Shown here one piece after another: positions 17,736 through 27,496 of a stretch of DNA of 37,868 bases. The DNA is from Candidatus Methanomethylophilaceae archaeon (lineage in GTDB: Archaea; Thermoplasmatota; Thermoplasmata; Methanomassiliicoccales; Methanomethylophilaceae), in the NCBI GenBank assembly GCA_017395275.1, contig JAFPVN010000164.1, positions 1 to 37,868 on the forward strand, read 5' to 3'. The notes beneath the pieces were generated by a model. That model was not told the origin of the DNA and searched no databases. It worked only from the letters and a program-made list of their open reading frames with translations. Every line of letters begins with the position of its first letter. Positions within the stretch are counted from its first letter, which is position 1. A program made the position numbers and the translations under genes.

Positions 17736-18719
17736 ATGGAAGGTTCGTACGCCGAAACCGTCAAGGCGCTTGAGAGCGGAAGGAAGGTCATCCTAGTCCA
17801 CGGGAACGCGGACATGGATGCGATAGGGTCCGCATACGCCCTGTCCCGCGCGTTCGGGGACTGCACCATCATGGCGCCGGGAGGCATCGACCGCGTCAGC
17901 AGGATGGTCACCGAGAAGATGGACATACCCGTCACCGAGGGATGCGACATATCGTCCTTCGACAGGGTCGTGGTCGTGGACACCTCATCCCCGGAACAGC
18001 TGGCGCCGCTGACTGACGTACCGAAGGATGCGGTCATCATCGATCACCACATGCCCACGGGCAAATGGGACGGCTACATGTTCCTGTGCGACCGCACCAA
18101 GACCGCCTGCACGCAGGTCGTCCTGCGCGTCATCAGGGAGAAGGGCGTCCCCATCGACAGGGACATCGGCCTTGCCCTGGCGGGCGGGATGGTCACCGAC
18201 AGCGGCCACTTCCAGTTCTCCAACCCCGAGATGCTCCGCGACTTCGCCGACGTCATGGACGAGGCGGGTCTGGACATGGACGAGGCGTTCAACTTCACCA
18301 GAATGGACATGAGCATGTCCGAGCGCATCGCCATGATGAAGTGCGTGGAGCGCTCCAGGTTCGACCGCGTGGGCGACATGATCGTCGCCGTGTCCTACGG
18401 CGGCAGCTTCGAGGCCTCCGGCTGCAGGGCGCTGCTCCAGGCCGGAGCGGACGTGGTGTTCGTCGCGTCCCAGAGGGACGATGCGTTCAGGATAAGCGCG
18501 AGGGCGACCCAAGACATGATCCGCAGGGGCATAAGCCTGGGCAACATCTTCAAGCAGATCGGTCAGGAGGTCACCGCGGACGGCGGGGGCCACGACGGGG
18601 CTGCAGGCATCTCCGGGATCGGGGACTGCGAGGCCATCCTCCACATCTGCATGCAGAGGACCATGGAGGAGTTCCGCGCGATAAAGAGAAGGGATATGCC
18701 GGCCGAGACCGGCGAATGA
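17736..18719 (+). CDS. DHH/DHHA1 family phosphoesterase (NrnA-like)
   Basis: 327 aa with motifs HGNADMDAIGS, VVVDTS, IIDHH and GGGHDGAAG. A TATA-like TCTAAATA lies about 25 nt upstream, so the transcript looks leaderless. Confidence 0.85.
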   Translation: MEGSYAETVKALESGRKVILVHGNADMDAIGSAYALSRAFGDCTIMAPGGIDRVSRMVTEKMDIPVTEGCDISSFDRVVVVDTSSPEQLAPLTDVPKDAVIIDHHMPTGKWDGYMFLCDRTKTACTQVVLRVIREKGVPIDRDIGLALAGGMVTDSGHFQFSNPEMLRDFADVMDEAGLDMDEAFNFTRMDMSMSERIAMMKCVERSRFDRVGDMIVAVSYGGSFEASGCRALLQAGADVVFVASQRDDAFRISARATQDMIRRGISLGNIFKQIGQEVTADGGGHDGAAGISGIGDCEAILHICMQRTMEEFRAIKRRDMPAETGE

Positions 18720-18722
18720 GTT

Positions 18723-19799
18723 TCAGAGCTTCCCGAGCTTCTTCAGCACGGCGATCATCGCGTCGTAGTTCTCGTGCTTCTTCTCGAAGTACTGCGCGAC
18801 GGGCTCGAGGCACTTGATCAGAGCGTCTGCGGTTCCGGATTTGAGGTCCAGCGGGTGGAGCCTGGGCTTCCCGTCCTCGGTCTGGCTGAAGTAGTAATCC
18901 GTAAGCTCCTCGTAGGACTTGAAGGACACCGCATCGCCGAACTTGGGCTGGATGGTCATCTCCCCGAGGGTGGGGAAGATGATGTACTTGCAGATCATGA
19001 GAACCGGGTTGGTGTCCTCCTCTTCCTTCTCCATGGGGCAGAACGCCTTCTTCATCTTCCTCCTGATGTCCTCGGGGGAATCGTGGATGTTGATGTTGGA
19101 ATCGGGCTTGCTCTTGGACATCTTGGACGCCGTGGGGTCCATCCTGTTGCCTCCGGCGAGACCGGGCAGGAGAGGGGTGTGGAGCGCGATGGGTTTCTTC
19201 CATCCGAGCTTCTCCGCCGCATCCCTGGCGAGCATGTGCGCGCGCCTCTGGTCTATTCCAGCGTAAGCGAGGTCGACGTCCATGCAGAAGATATCCGTGG
19301 CCTGGAGGATAGGGTAGAACAGCTTGGACGAATCCAGCTCCGCCTCGTCCTCGGAACGGCCCATGATGGTCATGGCCCTCTTAACCCTGGACAGGGATGT
19401 GACCTTCGCCACCTTGATGACGTTCTCCCAGTACTTGATGTCGCTGAGGACCTCGGATGCGTACTTGAACTCGACTCCCTCCCTCGGAATACCGAGTGCG
19501 AGGAAGCAGTCCTCCATGTATCTGGCACATGCGCGGATGTTCTCGAGGTCACCTCCGAGCTTGTCGTTGATGTAGGCATGCCAGTCCGCCCAGAATATGG
19601 TGACCTTAAATCCCGCTGCGATGAGGTCGCGGATCTTCGCGGCGACGAGGGCCCATCCCATGTGGACGAGTCCCGAGGGCTCGAAACCGATATATGCCTT
19701 GGGCGAGGGGTTCTTGGCCAGCAATTCCCTGAGCTCGTCCTCCGTGACGATCTCGTCGGCGTTCCTCATTACAAGTGCATATCTCTGCTCTACATCCAT
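18723..19799 (-). CDS. tyrS: tyrosine--tRNA ligase (archaeal type)
   Basis: 358 aa. It aligns by eye end to end with M. jannaschii TyrRS: IVTEDELRELL, AYIGFEPSGLVHMG, ADWHAYIN, KMSKS, HPLDLK and LEPV. Confidence 0.9.
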   Translation of the reverse strand: MDVEQRYALVMRNADEIVTEDELRELLAKNPSPKAYIGFEPSGLVHMGWALVAAKIRDLIAAGFKVTIFWADWHAYINDKLGGDLENIRACARYMEDCFLALGIPREGVEFKYASEVLSDIKYWENVIKVAKVTSLSRVKRAMTIMGRSEDEAELDSSKLFYPILQATDIFCMDVDLAYAGIDQRRAHMLARDAAEKLGWKKPIALHTPLLPGLAGGNRMDPTASKMSKSKPDSNINIHDSPEDIRRKMKKAFCPMEKEEEDTNPVLMICKYIIFPTLGEMTIQPKFGDAVSFKSYEELTDYYFSQTEDGKPRLHPLDLKSGTADALIKCLEPVAQYFEKKHENYDAMIAVLKKLGKL

Positions 19800-19926
19800 A
19801 TGAATCGGGAGGGAATCGACTCCTCTTTAATAAGTATTATCCAGGACGCGCACGCACAGGCGAATGTGTCCCGACCGTCCGCCGGAAATCATACAAACTT
19901 AATAATGAATGAGACGATGCTGGTAC

Positions 19927-20871
19927 ATGCCATCCGATTACCCGATCGAGTTCGTGGACCTCCGCAAGGAATACGGGGCGTTCACCGCCGTGAACGGGTT
20001 GAACCTGAAGATCGAGAAGAACAGCTTCACCGGTCTTCTGGGACCCAACGGCGCAGGGAAGAGCACCTCGCTCAAGATCCTGACCAATCTCATATCAGCC
20101 ACCTCGGGGGATGTGCTCATCAACGGCATCAACGTCCCCGAGAAGCCCAAGGAGGCCCTGCAGGGAGTTGGGACCGTCGTCGAGACCCCTGAGTTCTACC
20201 TCTACCTGACCCCCCGTGAGACCTTCAGGTACATGGGAAACATCTTCGGGATGTCAAAGGAGAGGATCGCTACCGAGACCGATGAGATCCTGCAGAAGGT
20301 CAAGATGACCGAATGGGCAGACAAGCGTCTCGGCACATTCTCCAAGGGGATGAGGCAGAGGATCTCTCTGGGTCTTTCGCTCATGAACAGCCCCGAGGTC
20401 ATAATCCTCGACGAACCCACATCCGGTCTGGACCCCAGAGGGATGTCCGAGATGAGGGAGATCCTGAAGAACGTCCGCGACGAGAACCACGGACTGACCG
20501 TCCTGATGAGCTCCCACATGATGCACGAGGTCACCGACCTCTGCGACCGCATCGCCATGATCAACCACGGAACGCTGCTGGTCCACGACACGCTGGAGAA
20601 CGTACTCGGATCGCGCAACAGCCGTCTGATGAAGGTGCGCCCGCTGGAGCCCGCCAACGAGGAGATGGTCGCCAAGCTGGCGGCCCTCGACAACATCACC
20701 AACGCGGTGATAGACGGAGAGACCATCAACCTCTCCCTCGACGGAGGGGACGAGGAGGAGGCCAGGCTGTTCGAGCAGATCGCCAACGTAGGATTCAGGA
20801 TCCGCTCGGTGTCTGCCGACGAGAACGCATTGGAGGCCAAGTATCTGGACCTCATCAAGGAGTCGAGGTGA
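19927..20871 (+). CDS. ABC transporter ATP-binding protein (ABC-2 type)
   Basis: ORF 19909..20871 trimmed to ATG 19927, about 25 nt downstream of a TATA-like CTTAATAATG. Walker A GPNGAGKST, signature FSKGMRQR and Walker B IILDEPTSGLD are present. Confidence 0.9.
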   Translation: MPSDYPIEFVDLRKEYGAFTAVNGLNLKIEKNSFTGLLGPNGAGKSTSLKILTNLISATSGDVLINGINVPEKPKEALQGVGTVVETPEFYLYLTPRETFRYMGNIFGMSKERIATETDEILQKVKMTEWADKRLGTFSKGMRQRISLGLSLMNSPEVIILDEPTSGLDPRGMSEMREILKNVRDENHGLTVLMSSHMMHEVTDLCDRIAMINHGTLLVHDTLENVLGSRNSRLMKVRPLEPANEEMVAKLAALDNITNAVIDGETINLSLDGGDEEEARLFEQIANVGFRIRSVSADENALEAKYLDLIKESR

Positions 20872-20875
20872 TACC

Positions 20876-21679
20876 ATGGAGATACTGTCAAAGACGGTAG
20901 AGAAGATGAGCTCGTACACCACCAACAGCGACATCAAGCAGGTGTTCGCCGTCATGGAGAACGAGATCGTGAAGTTCCTCCGCGGAAAGAAGATCTACAT
21001 CTATCTGGCCATCATCGGACTGCTGATGGCCCTCGACATCGGCATCTCGCTCATGGTCGAGAACTCCGACGGAGTGAGGATGAGCATCACCCAGGACGGG
21101 GATGCCATCGCAAGGTCCCTGCTGGGCAACCTGTATCTCGTCCTGATCATCATGGCCACCCTCTTCACCGCCGGTGCCATCTGTTCCGAGTTCGAGGAGA
21201 GGACCGCGCTGATCCTGCTGACCAAGCCCATCAGGAGACCTACCATCGTATTCGGTAAGTTCCTGGCATCGTTCGCCGTAGGGTTCGCCACCATCCTCCT
21301 GTACCTGATCGTCGCGATCTTCTTCAAGGCGGTCGGCAACGGCCACATAGACGGGGACCTCTTCGCCGGGATGGGCGTGTATCTGATCTACATCATGGCC
21401 ATCACGGGAGTGGCGATGCTGGTGTCCGCCTTCGCCAAGAAGTCCAGCACATCCGCCCTGCTCACGCTATTCATGCTGCTGATCCTGCCCCTGATCCTCG
21501 AGGCGATCCTCGGCATCAAGGGATTCGACACATGGTTCCTCCTCGGATCGCTCGGAGGGGCGGGCGCCGACGTCATATCGGGCGGAGGGGAGCCCCTCAG
21601 GGACATCGCGGCCATGCTCGTATGGCTGATCGTCACCATGGCGGGATCCATCGTACTGTTCAAGAAGAGACAGTTCTGA
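20876..21679 (+). CDS. ABC-2 family transporter permease
   Basis: 267 aa with about 6 hydrophobic segments. It starts 4 nt after the ATPase stop. Confidence 0.8.
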   Translation: MEILSKTVEKMSSYTTNSDIKQVFAVMENEIVKFLRGKKIYIYLAIIGLLMALDIGISLMVENSDGVRMSITQDGDAIARSLLGNLYLVLIIMATLFTAGAICSEFEERTALILLTKPIRRPTIVFGKFLASFAVGFATILLYLIVAIFFKAVGNGHIDGDLFAGMGVYLIYIMAITGVAMLVSAFAKKSSTSALLTLFMLLILPLILEAILGIKGFDTWFLLGSLGGAGADVISGGGEPLRDIAAMLVWLIVTMAGSIVLFKKRQF

Positions 21680-21711
21680 ACATAACGCAAACCCCTTGCC
21701 AAACCATTTCA

Positions 21712-21718
21712 TTTTTTT
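21712..21718 (+). terminator. oligo-T (T7) tract after the ABC operon
   Basis: TTTTTTT lies 33 nt after the permease stop. Archaeal termination typically uses oligo-T tracts. Confidence 0.4.
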
Positions 21719-21812
21719 ATGTGCCAGCATACGATAATGCATGATTCCGGGATGATCGGCGTACCGGTCCGTCCTGCGAACGTTATAAACGGATAGACGC
21801 AGATTACGGGAT

Positions 21813-22370
21813 ATGCTCGAGGACGTCAGGGAAAGCATCGAGAGCTCCCGGGTGATCACCAAGGGCGATTACCCCTACATAGTGACACCTCTCATGGACG
21901 GGGTACCGTCCATCGACCCGGGGACCCTGCATTCCGTCGTGGAGAGGATGATTCGCATCTCCAAGTTCGACTGCGACATCATCGTCGCCCCCGAGGCCAT
22001 GGGCATACCCTACGCCACGCTCATCTCCATGAAGAAGGGCATACCGTTCACCATCATCAGGAAGAGGTCCTACGGCCTCGAGGGCGAAACGGAGATCGTG
22101 GAGACCACCGGTTACTCGACGACCAAGATGTACATCAACGGCGTGAGACCAGGCATGAAGGTCGTCGTAGTGGACGACGTCGTCAGCACGGGCGGGACGC
22201 TGAGATGCATAGTGGACGGCCTGAGGGACATGGGCGCCGTCGTGACGGAAGTTGTCCTGGCCCTCAACAAGTCCAGGGACATCTTCTCCGTCGAGGAGGA
22301 GATCGGCGTGCCGATAAGGTACGTGGCCAAGATCTGGGTGGAGAACGGGAAGCCCCGCTGCATCTGCTGA
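21813..22370 (+). CDS. hpt: hypoxanthine/guanine phosphoribosyltransferase (archaeal type)
   Basis: 185 aa. The N-terminus MLEDVRESIESSRVITKGDYPYIVTPLMDGVP fits archaeal Hpt, and the PRPP loop VVVVDDVVSTGGT is present. A TATA-like TTATAAAC lies about 25 nt upstream. Confidence 0.8.
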   Translation: MLEDVRESIESSRVITKGDYPYIVTPLMDGVPSIDPGTLHSVVERMIRISKFDCDIIVAPEAMGIPYATLISMKKGIPFTIIRKRSYGLEGETEIVETTGYSTTKMYINGVRPGMKVVVVDDVVSTGGTLRCIVDGLRDMGAVVTEVVLALNKSRDIFSVEEEIGVPIRYVAKIWVENGKPRCIC

Positions 22371-22436
22371 TCCCCGATGCTTACTGACTAACTGTAGCAT
22401 CCCCTTTATAGGTAGAATCCCGGGCCATGTATCTCC

Positions 22437-23708
22437 ATGGACCCCGACCTGCTGCTGATGGTGCTCTACATGTGCCTCATGGGCGCCGCCATGGGCACCC
22501 TCTCGGGCCTCGTCCCGGGGATACACGTGAACACCCTGTCGATGATCCTCCTGGCATTCGGCGGACCGCTGCTGGACGCCGTGTCGGTGTTCGTGCCGTA
22601 CGGTTCCGCCCCCGTCATGCTGGCCTGCTGCATCATGTCAGCCGCCGTGGTCCACAGCATGGTGAGCTTCGTTCCTTCGGCGTTCATCGGGATACCCGAT
22701 ACCGAATCGGTGCTGAGCGTCCTGCCCGCGCACAGGATGGTGCTGGAGGGCGAGGGGATGGTCGCGGTCAGATGCGCCGCAATCGGAAGTCTTACCGGCG
22801 CGATAACTTCTCTGATCATCGCCGTTCCCCTCTATCTGATGCTGGGGAACGGGTTGGGGGACTACCTGAACAGCATATTGATCGCCGTGCTCCTCATAGT
22901 GCTGGCACTTATGGTCCTGGAGGAATCGGGGATGTCGAGGCTGTATGCGCTGGCGATCATAATCGCATCGGGGGCGGCGGGACTTATCGTCATGCTTGAC
23001 ATCGTCCCGATGGAGAGCATCACCGGCATGGAGCCGGAGACCATGTTCCCGCTGCTGACGGGACTCTTCGGCATCCCCTCGCTCATGTGGCAGGGCGGTG
23101 CGGAGATCCCTCCGCAGTACGACGACGAGGTCCTTCCCGTTTCTCCCTCGTACGGCGTTAAGGGCGTCCTGACAGGATGCGTGACGGGATGGTTCCCCGG
23201 GATAACATCCACCGCCGGGGCGATGATCGCCGGCCGCATATTCGGGAACGGCGACACGAGGGGATTCATCTCGATGGTGTCGTCCATAGGCACGGCATCG
23301 GCCATGTCCGCCTTCATCACCCTCAGTCTAACCGGGAAGGAGAGGTCGGGCACCATGTCCGCCATAAACAGCCTGGTGGAGGGTACGGACATCTCCCTCG
23401 GCAGCATGACGTTCACGTGCATCCTCGTATCCATGGGCATCGCCGCCGTGCTCGGATACATCATAACGGTATGGTCCGGGAAGAGGATGTGCACGTTCGT
23501 CCAGCGTCTGGACATGAACGCCTTCAACCGCGCCATACTGATATTGATGATATCCCTGACGATCGTCTTCTGCGGCTACTGGGGGCTCGTGGTCCTCGCC
23601 GCATGCACACTGATCGGAATGGCACCGCTGGTGCTTGGCATCCGCCGCATACATCTGACCGGATGCCTGATCGTCCCCGTCCTGCTGTTCAAGCTCGGAC
23701 TGTTCTGA
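22437..23708 (+). CDS. TctA/DUF112 family integral membrane transporter
   Basis: 423 aa and polytopic. The motif GxLSGLVPGIHVN is repeated as GWFPGITSTAG, as in TctA-family permeases. A TATA-like CCTTTATAGG lies about 25 nt upstream. Confidence 0.6.
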   Translation: MDPDLLLMVLYMCLMGAAMGTLSGLVPGIHVNTLSMILLAFGGPLLDAVSVFVPYGSAPVMLACCIMSAAVVHSMVSFVPSAFIGIPDTESVLSVLPAHRMVLEGEGMVAVRCAAIGSLTGAITSLIIAVPLYLMLGNGLGDYLNSILIAVLLIVLALMVLEESGMSRLYALAIIIASGAAGLIVMLDIVPMESITGMEPETMFPLLTGLFGIPSLMWQGGAEIPPQYDDEVLPVSPSYGVKGVLTGCVTGWFPGITSTAGAMIAGRIFGNGDTRGFISMVSSIGTASAMSAFITLSLTGKERSGTMSAINSLVEGTDISLGSMTFTCILVSMGIAAVLGYIITVWSGKRMCTFVQRLDMNAFNRAILILMISLTIVFCGYWGLVVLAACTLIGMAPLVLGIRRIHLTGCLIVPVLLFKLGLF

Positions 23709-24482
23709 TCATCTCTTCTTGTTCTTCTTGCCCAAAGAACGGATGTACTTCACGACGTCCTCGTCGGCATCGGTCCACTCGGGGGTGCAGTAGGTGCTCT
23801 TCAGCTCCTTGTACCATGCCGCCGCCTTCTCCATCCACGGGGTCATGTCCTCCTTGTCCTTGACGACCACGCAGGTGTTCTCGGGGGTGGGCACCCACTT
23901 TCCCGGCATGCGGTAGTCCTCCTCCTGGAGGAATCCCACCACGAAGGCAATCTTCTGAAGACCGGAGAGCTCCGCGTACAGCGAGGCCTGCATCATGTAG
24001 GAGTCGGGGACCTTGGTGAAACCGCCGTTCCCGTCGTCCCACTTGGAACGGTCGCTGGCGGTCTTGATCTCTAGTATGGCGGATCTCTTGGCGTTGCACG
24101 TGATGTATCCGTCGACCATGCCGCCGAACATCTCGTTGGTGTGGAAGTGATCGTACTGGCACTTCTCTGCGGGAGCGGGTTCCTCGACTCCCATGGCACC
24201 CTCCATGCCGAGCATTGGGGCGATCTCGGAGATGTGGGCACGGGTCCACTTCCTGAGTATAGGTTCGATGGCGTTCCCGGCCTCGATGTACTTGTTGGAC
24301 TTGTCCCCCGGATACAGTCCGGCGAGCTCGCACGCGACCTTGAAGGGGGTGGAGAACTCGCTCATTCCGAATATCGCTCCGATCCTGTGTCCAGTGATCT
24401 TCTTGAGCTTGGGGGTGTCGAAGTATACGACATGCTCCTCCTCGTCGATCTCCACCAGATTCCTGCTTCCGTCGAATGCCAT
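23709..24482 (-). CDS. YqaJ/lambda-exonuclease-like PD-(D/E)XK nuclease
   Basis: 257 aa. The motif order is GHRIGAIFG ... GGMVDGY ... ILEIKT ... YMMQASLY, which gives the D...E-x-K nuclease triad followed by QxxxY, as in YqaJ-type viral recombination exonucleases. Confidence 0.7.
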   Translation of the reverse strand: MAFDGSRNLVEIDEEEHVVYFDTPKLKKITGHRIGAIFGMSEFSTPFKVACELAGLYPGDKSNKYIEAGNAIEPILRKWTRAHISEIAPMLGMEGAMGVEEPAPAEKCQYDHFHTNEMFGGMVDGYITCNAKRSAILEIKTASDRSKWDDGNGGFTKVPDSYMMQASLYAELSGLQKIAFVVGFLQEEDYRMPGKWVPTPENTCVVVKDKEDMTPWMEKAAAWYKELKSTYCTPEWTDADEDVVKYIRSLGKKNKKR

Positions 24483-24508
24483 ACATCCCGTATGGCAGGC
24501 GCACTAAA

Positions 24509-26209
24509 TCAAGCCTTGTACGCGCGGCGCTCGGCGGGGAGGATCGCCCTGATGGTCTTGCCGACGTTGATTAAGTGGTCGGCCACCCTCTCGGCGTTGG
24601 ATGCCAGGGAGAGGTACTCCGCTCCGACGCTGGCGTTGCACTGGCCCACGGCCAGCCTCTGGATATGGGCGTCGGCCATCATGTCGGTGGCCACGTCGAT
24701 GCTCTCCTCGATATCGTAGGCCTCGTCCAGGAGCTCCAGGTCCACCTTGGTGTAGGCGGCCATGATCTTCTGGTACAGGGATTCGATGAGGTCCCTGACG
24801 TGCATGATCTCCGCCTTGGCGGCATCGGAGAACCCGTCCCCGCTGTTCACCAGCTTCTCGGCGTACTCCACGATATTCTCCGAATAATCCCCGATGCGCT
24901 CCAGGTCCGTGACGGAGTGGTACACCGTGGACAGGTACACCGTGTCCTTGTCGCTGAGGTCCTTCTCCGTCAGCTTGACGAGGTAGTGGACGATGTTCTC
25001 GTTCAGATAGTCGAGCTCATTCTCGTTGACCCTGAACTTGTCGATGGACGACAGGTCCTTGGTGCAGACCATGTGGCAGGCCAGGTTGAAGTTCTCCATG
25101 GCTATGCGGGCCATGTTGACGATCTCGTTCTTCACCTGCTGGACGGCTATCGGGGGCGTCCTCAGCAGGTAGGAGTTGATGTAGTAGGTGTGGGGCTCGC
25201 TGTTGTCCGTGCTGGGCTCCTTGTCGTCGGGCAGGATGCGCATGACCACCTTGATGAGGCTGGCGGTCAGCGGAAGCATGATGATAACGGTGATGACGTT
25301 GAATATGGTGTGGAACATCGCGAGCTGGGTCTGCGGCGCTCCGGGGAACATGGTCTCGAACAGGCTTCCGTACGAGACGCCGAAGAATCCGAGGACGAAT
25401 CCGGCGATGAGGAACAGCACCACTCCGGACACGTTGAAGAGAAGGTGTATGAGTGCTGTGCGCTTCGCGTTCTTCCCGCTGGTGAATCCCGCGAGGATGG
25501 CGACGATACAGGACCCGATGTTGGATCCCATGGTGATGTAGATGCCCTGCTCCAGGTCTATGAGTCCGGTGACCACCATCGTGATCGCCACCGACGTGAT
25601 GACCGACGAGCTCTGCACCAATGCGGTCAGGGCGGTGCCTATCAGCACCAGCAGGAGGATGTTCTCGATGCCGGCCAGGAAGTCCTTGACCGCCTCGTCC
25701 TGGGCGAACGACTCCATCGACGAGCTCATCAGCGTGAGTCCGACGAAGAGCATACCGAAACCCGCCAGGATACCCCCGGTCTTCCTCGCCTTGTCGTTCT
25801 TCCCGAACACGGAGATGAACGCACCTACGCCGGCCAGCGCGGCGAAGACCACCGCCATGGATATGGTGTCCCCGCCGAACATTCCCAGCGCGACGATCTG
25901 CGCGGTGATGGTGGTACCGATGTTCGCACCGTAGATCATCGCGGCCGCCAGCGTGAGGGATACCATCCCCGCGTTGACGAAACCTATGATCATGACGGTG
26001 GTGGCTCCCGAGCTCTGGATGGCCGCGGTGGTGACCGCTCCCAGCCCCACGCCGGCCAGCTTGTTGTCCGACGTCTTGGAGAAGAGCTTCTTGAGCCTGC
26101 TGCTGCTCAGGGATTCCAGGTTTGTGCTCATCATTGTGCAGGCAACGAGGAAAACACCTATTCCCGACATGAGGGTCAGGATCGCCGTTGCCATCAGAGT
26201 GGAATCCAT
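24509..26209 (-). CDS. Na+/phosphate cotransporter family protein with C-terminal PhoU-like domains
   Basis: 566 aa. The N-terminal half is polytopic with the duplicated motif QSSGATTVMIIGFVNAG / QSSSVITSVAITMV. The C-terminal soluble half has PhoU-type helical repeats (DLERIGDYSENI, NAERVADHLINV). Confidence 0.85.
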   Translation of the reverse strand: MDSTLMATAILTLMSGIGVFLVACTMMSTNLESLSSSRLKKLFSKTSDNKLAGVGLGAVTTAAIQSSGATTVMIIGFVNAGMVSLTLAAAMIYGANIGTTITAQIVALGMFGGDTISMAVVFAALAGVGAFISVFGKNDKARKTGGILAGFGMLFVGLTLMSSSMESFAQDEAVKDFLAGIENILLLVLIGTALTALVQSSSVITSVAITMVVTGLIDLEQGIYITMGSNIGSCIVAILAGFTSGKNAKRTALIHLLFNVSGVVLFLIAGFVLGFFGVSYGSLFETMFPGAPQTQLAMFHTIFNVITVIIMLPLTASLIKVVMRILPDDKEPSTDNSEPHTYYINSYLLRTPPIAVQQVKNEIVNMARIAMENFNLACHMVCTKDLSSIDKFRVNENELDYLNENIVHYLVKLTEKDLSDKDTVYLSTVYHSVTDLERIGDYSENIVEYAEKLVNSGDGFSDAAKAEIMHVRDLIESLYQKIMAAYTKVDLELLDEAYDIEESIDVATDMMADAHIQRLAVGQCNASVGAEYLSLASNAERVADHLINVGKTIRAILPAERRAYKA

Positions 26210-26267
26210 AGCATGCGGGTGATTAGGTTATACTTATAATAAGGTTGGTCGGCGCGCCCGGCAGGCT

Positions 26268-26317
26268 AAACGAAAACCGGGGCGGTGTTTGGGTCGTCCC
26301 CTCTGAAAGAGGGGACG
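26268..26317 (-). terminator. 9-bp GC hairpin followed (on minus strand) by a T-rich tract
   Basis: CGTCCCCTC-TGAAA-GAGGGGACG (26295-26317) lies 8 nt after the stop at 26325. The minus strand then reads GGTTTTCGTTT (26268-26279). Confidence 0.45.
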
Positions 26318-26324
26318 GGAGCGC

Positions 26325-26675
26325 TCAGAGCTGCTCCAGGTCGATGTCGGGGTGGAAGGACACGCTGTTGCTTCCGACCTCCTTCACCAGGTTCTTGGAG
26401 AGCATCCCGAGCTCCAGCCAAGCGGCCTCGAACACCGCGATGGGAGTGAGGCACGGGACGGACAGGGAGGCCCTGATGTCGGGGTCCACGACCTTGCTGC
26501 CCGCGAAGCTGACGACGTCGTTCATCGATATCTCCGTGAGCTTGCTGGCATAATCCTGAACGTGCTTGCAGTCCGATACGATCTTCACCCCGAGGTTCCC
26601 GTCGTCCTTCATCCAGACGGTAACCTTGTTGGTCTTGTGGCAAGTGTCCATGTGTGCAACTACTGTGTTGACCAT
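26325..26675 (-). CDS. small hypothetical protein
   Basis: 116 aa with ATG at 26673-26675 preceded by GAGGA. I recognise no motif. It contains three Cys (C12, C36, C75). Confidence 0.55.
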   Translation of the reverse strand: MVNTVVAHMDTCHKTNKVTVWMKDDGNLGVKIVSDCKHVQDYASKLTEISMNDVVSFAGSKVVDPDIRASLSVPCLTPIAVFEAAWLELGMLSKNLVKEVGSNSVSFHPDIDLEQL

Positions 26676-26779
26676 TTCTATCCTCTGGGTAGGAAAACGG
26701 CTGGTACCGATATAATGGTGACGATATCGCGATCGCGGAACGGAACATCGTCACGCGGAGTAAGTACGGAGAATGGTTA

Positions 26780-26855
26780 TGGTGGGCCCCCCCAGATTTG
26801 AACTGGAGTCACATGCACCCCAAGCATGAAGGATACCAAGCTACCCCAAGGGCCC
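26780..26855 (-). tRNA. tRNA-Pro (anticodon GGG), CCA encoded
   Basis: Cloverleaf folded by hand on the minus strand. Acceptor is GGGCCCU/GGGGCCC and the D arm carries GG in its loop. Anticodon stem is CAUGC/GCAUG with loop UUGGGGU. T arm is UCCAG-UUCAAAU-CUGGG. Discriminator A is followed by CCA. Confidence 0.9.
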
Positions 26856-26878
26856 GTTAAGCGGGGAAATGGGTTTTG

Positions 26879-26886
26879 ATTTAAAA
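26879..26886 (-). promoter_or_regulatory. TATA-like box for tRNA-Pro
   Basis: The minus strand reads TTTTAAAT, centred about 26 nt upstream of the tRNA 5' end at 26855. Confidence 0.4.
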
Positions 26887-26889
26887 GGT

Positions 26890-27081
26890 TTATCCCAGAG
26901 GAGAGATCTCCTCTATGAGATTGGCGTGCGAGATGATCATTCTGCGGCAGCAGTATCTCTCGATACCGAGGTCATCGAGAACCTTCTGGGGGTTCTCTCC
27001 CATGTCCACGCGCTTCTTGAATTCGGGATATGCCGAACCAACGACCTTTCCGCATGTGAAGCATCTGACGGGTATGATCAT
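26890..27081 (-). CDS. rpoN: DNA-directed RNA polymerase subunit N (Rpo10)
   Basis: 63 aa. [15 protein letters not shown]...YCCRRM is the RpoN/Rpb10 zinc motif. GGTGAT lies 5 nt upstream. Confidence 0.95.
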   Translation of the reverse strand: MIIPVRCFTCGKVVGSAYPEFKKRVDMGENPQKVLDDLGIERYCCRRMIISHANLIEEISPLG

Positions 27082-27092
27082 ATGATATCACC

Positions 27093-27491
27093 TTAACGGT
27101 ACGACTTCTGTTTCTTCGCACGAGCACCGGGTCCCAGCGGGTTCTTGGGGAGCTTCCTGCGGTCATCGTTGATGATGAGGGTCCTGTCGTATGCCTTGAA
27201 CATAGACTCCAGTTCCTCATCCTTGTAGAAGTCCACGAGTCCCCTGGCGATGGCGGTCCTGATGGCCGCTGCCTGGCCCATGACCCCTCCGCCCTGTACG
27301 TTGACGGAGATGTCGTCCTTCGCTGCCTTGTCGGATGCAAGCTCAAGGGGCTCCTTGATCTTGATCCTTGCAAGCTCGGGTGTGTAGAGCTCGATCGGGA
27401 TCTTGTTGACGGTGACCTTTCCGGTACCCTCTTTGACGACTGCCCTTGCGATGGCGGTCTTCCTCTTTCCACTTGTGTTAACGCAATCCAT
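27093..27491 (-). CDS. rps9: 30S ribosomal protein S9 (uS9)
   Basis: This is the C-terminal part of ORF 27093..27749, and the sequence [24 protein letters not shown]...KKQKSYR fits S9. I chose the start at ATG 27489-27491 ([11 protein letters not shown]) because GGTGA lies 5 nt upstream. An alternative ATG at 27503 is 4 codons longer. Confidence 0.9.
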   Translation of the reverse strand: MDCVNTSGKRKTAIARAVVKEGTGKVTVNKIPIELYTPELARIKIKEPLELASDKAAKDDISVNVQGGGVMGQAAAIRTAIARGLVDFYKDEELESMFKAYDRTLIINDDRRKLPKNPLGPGARAKKQKSYR

Positions 27492-27496
27492 GGGTC

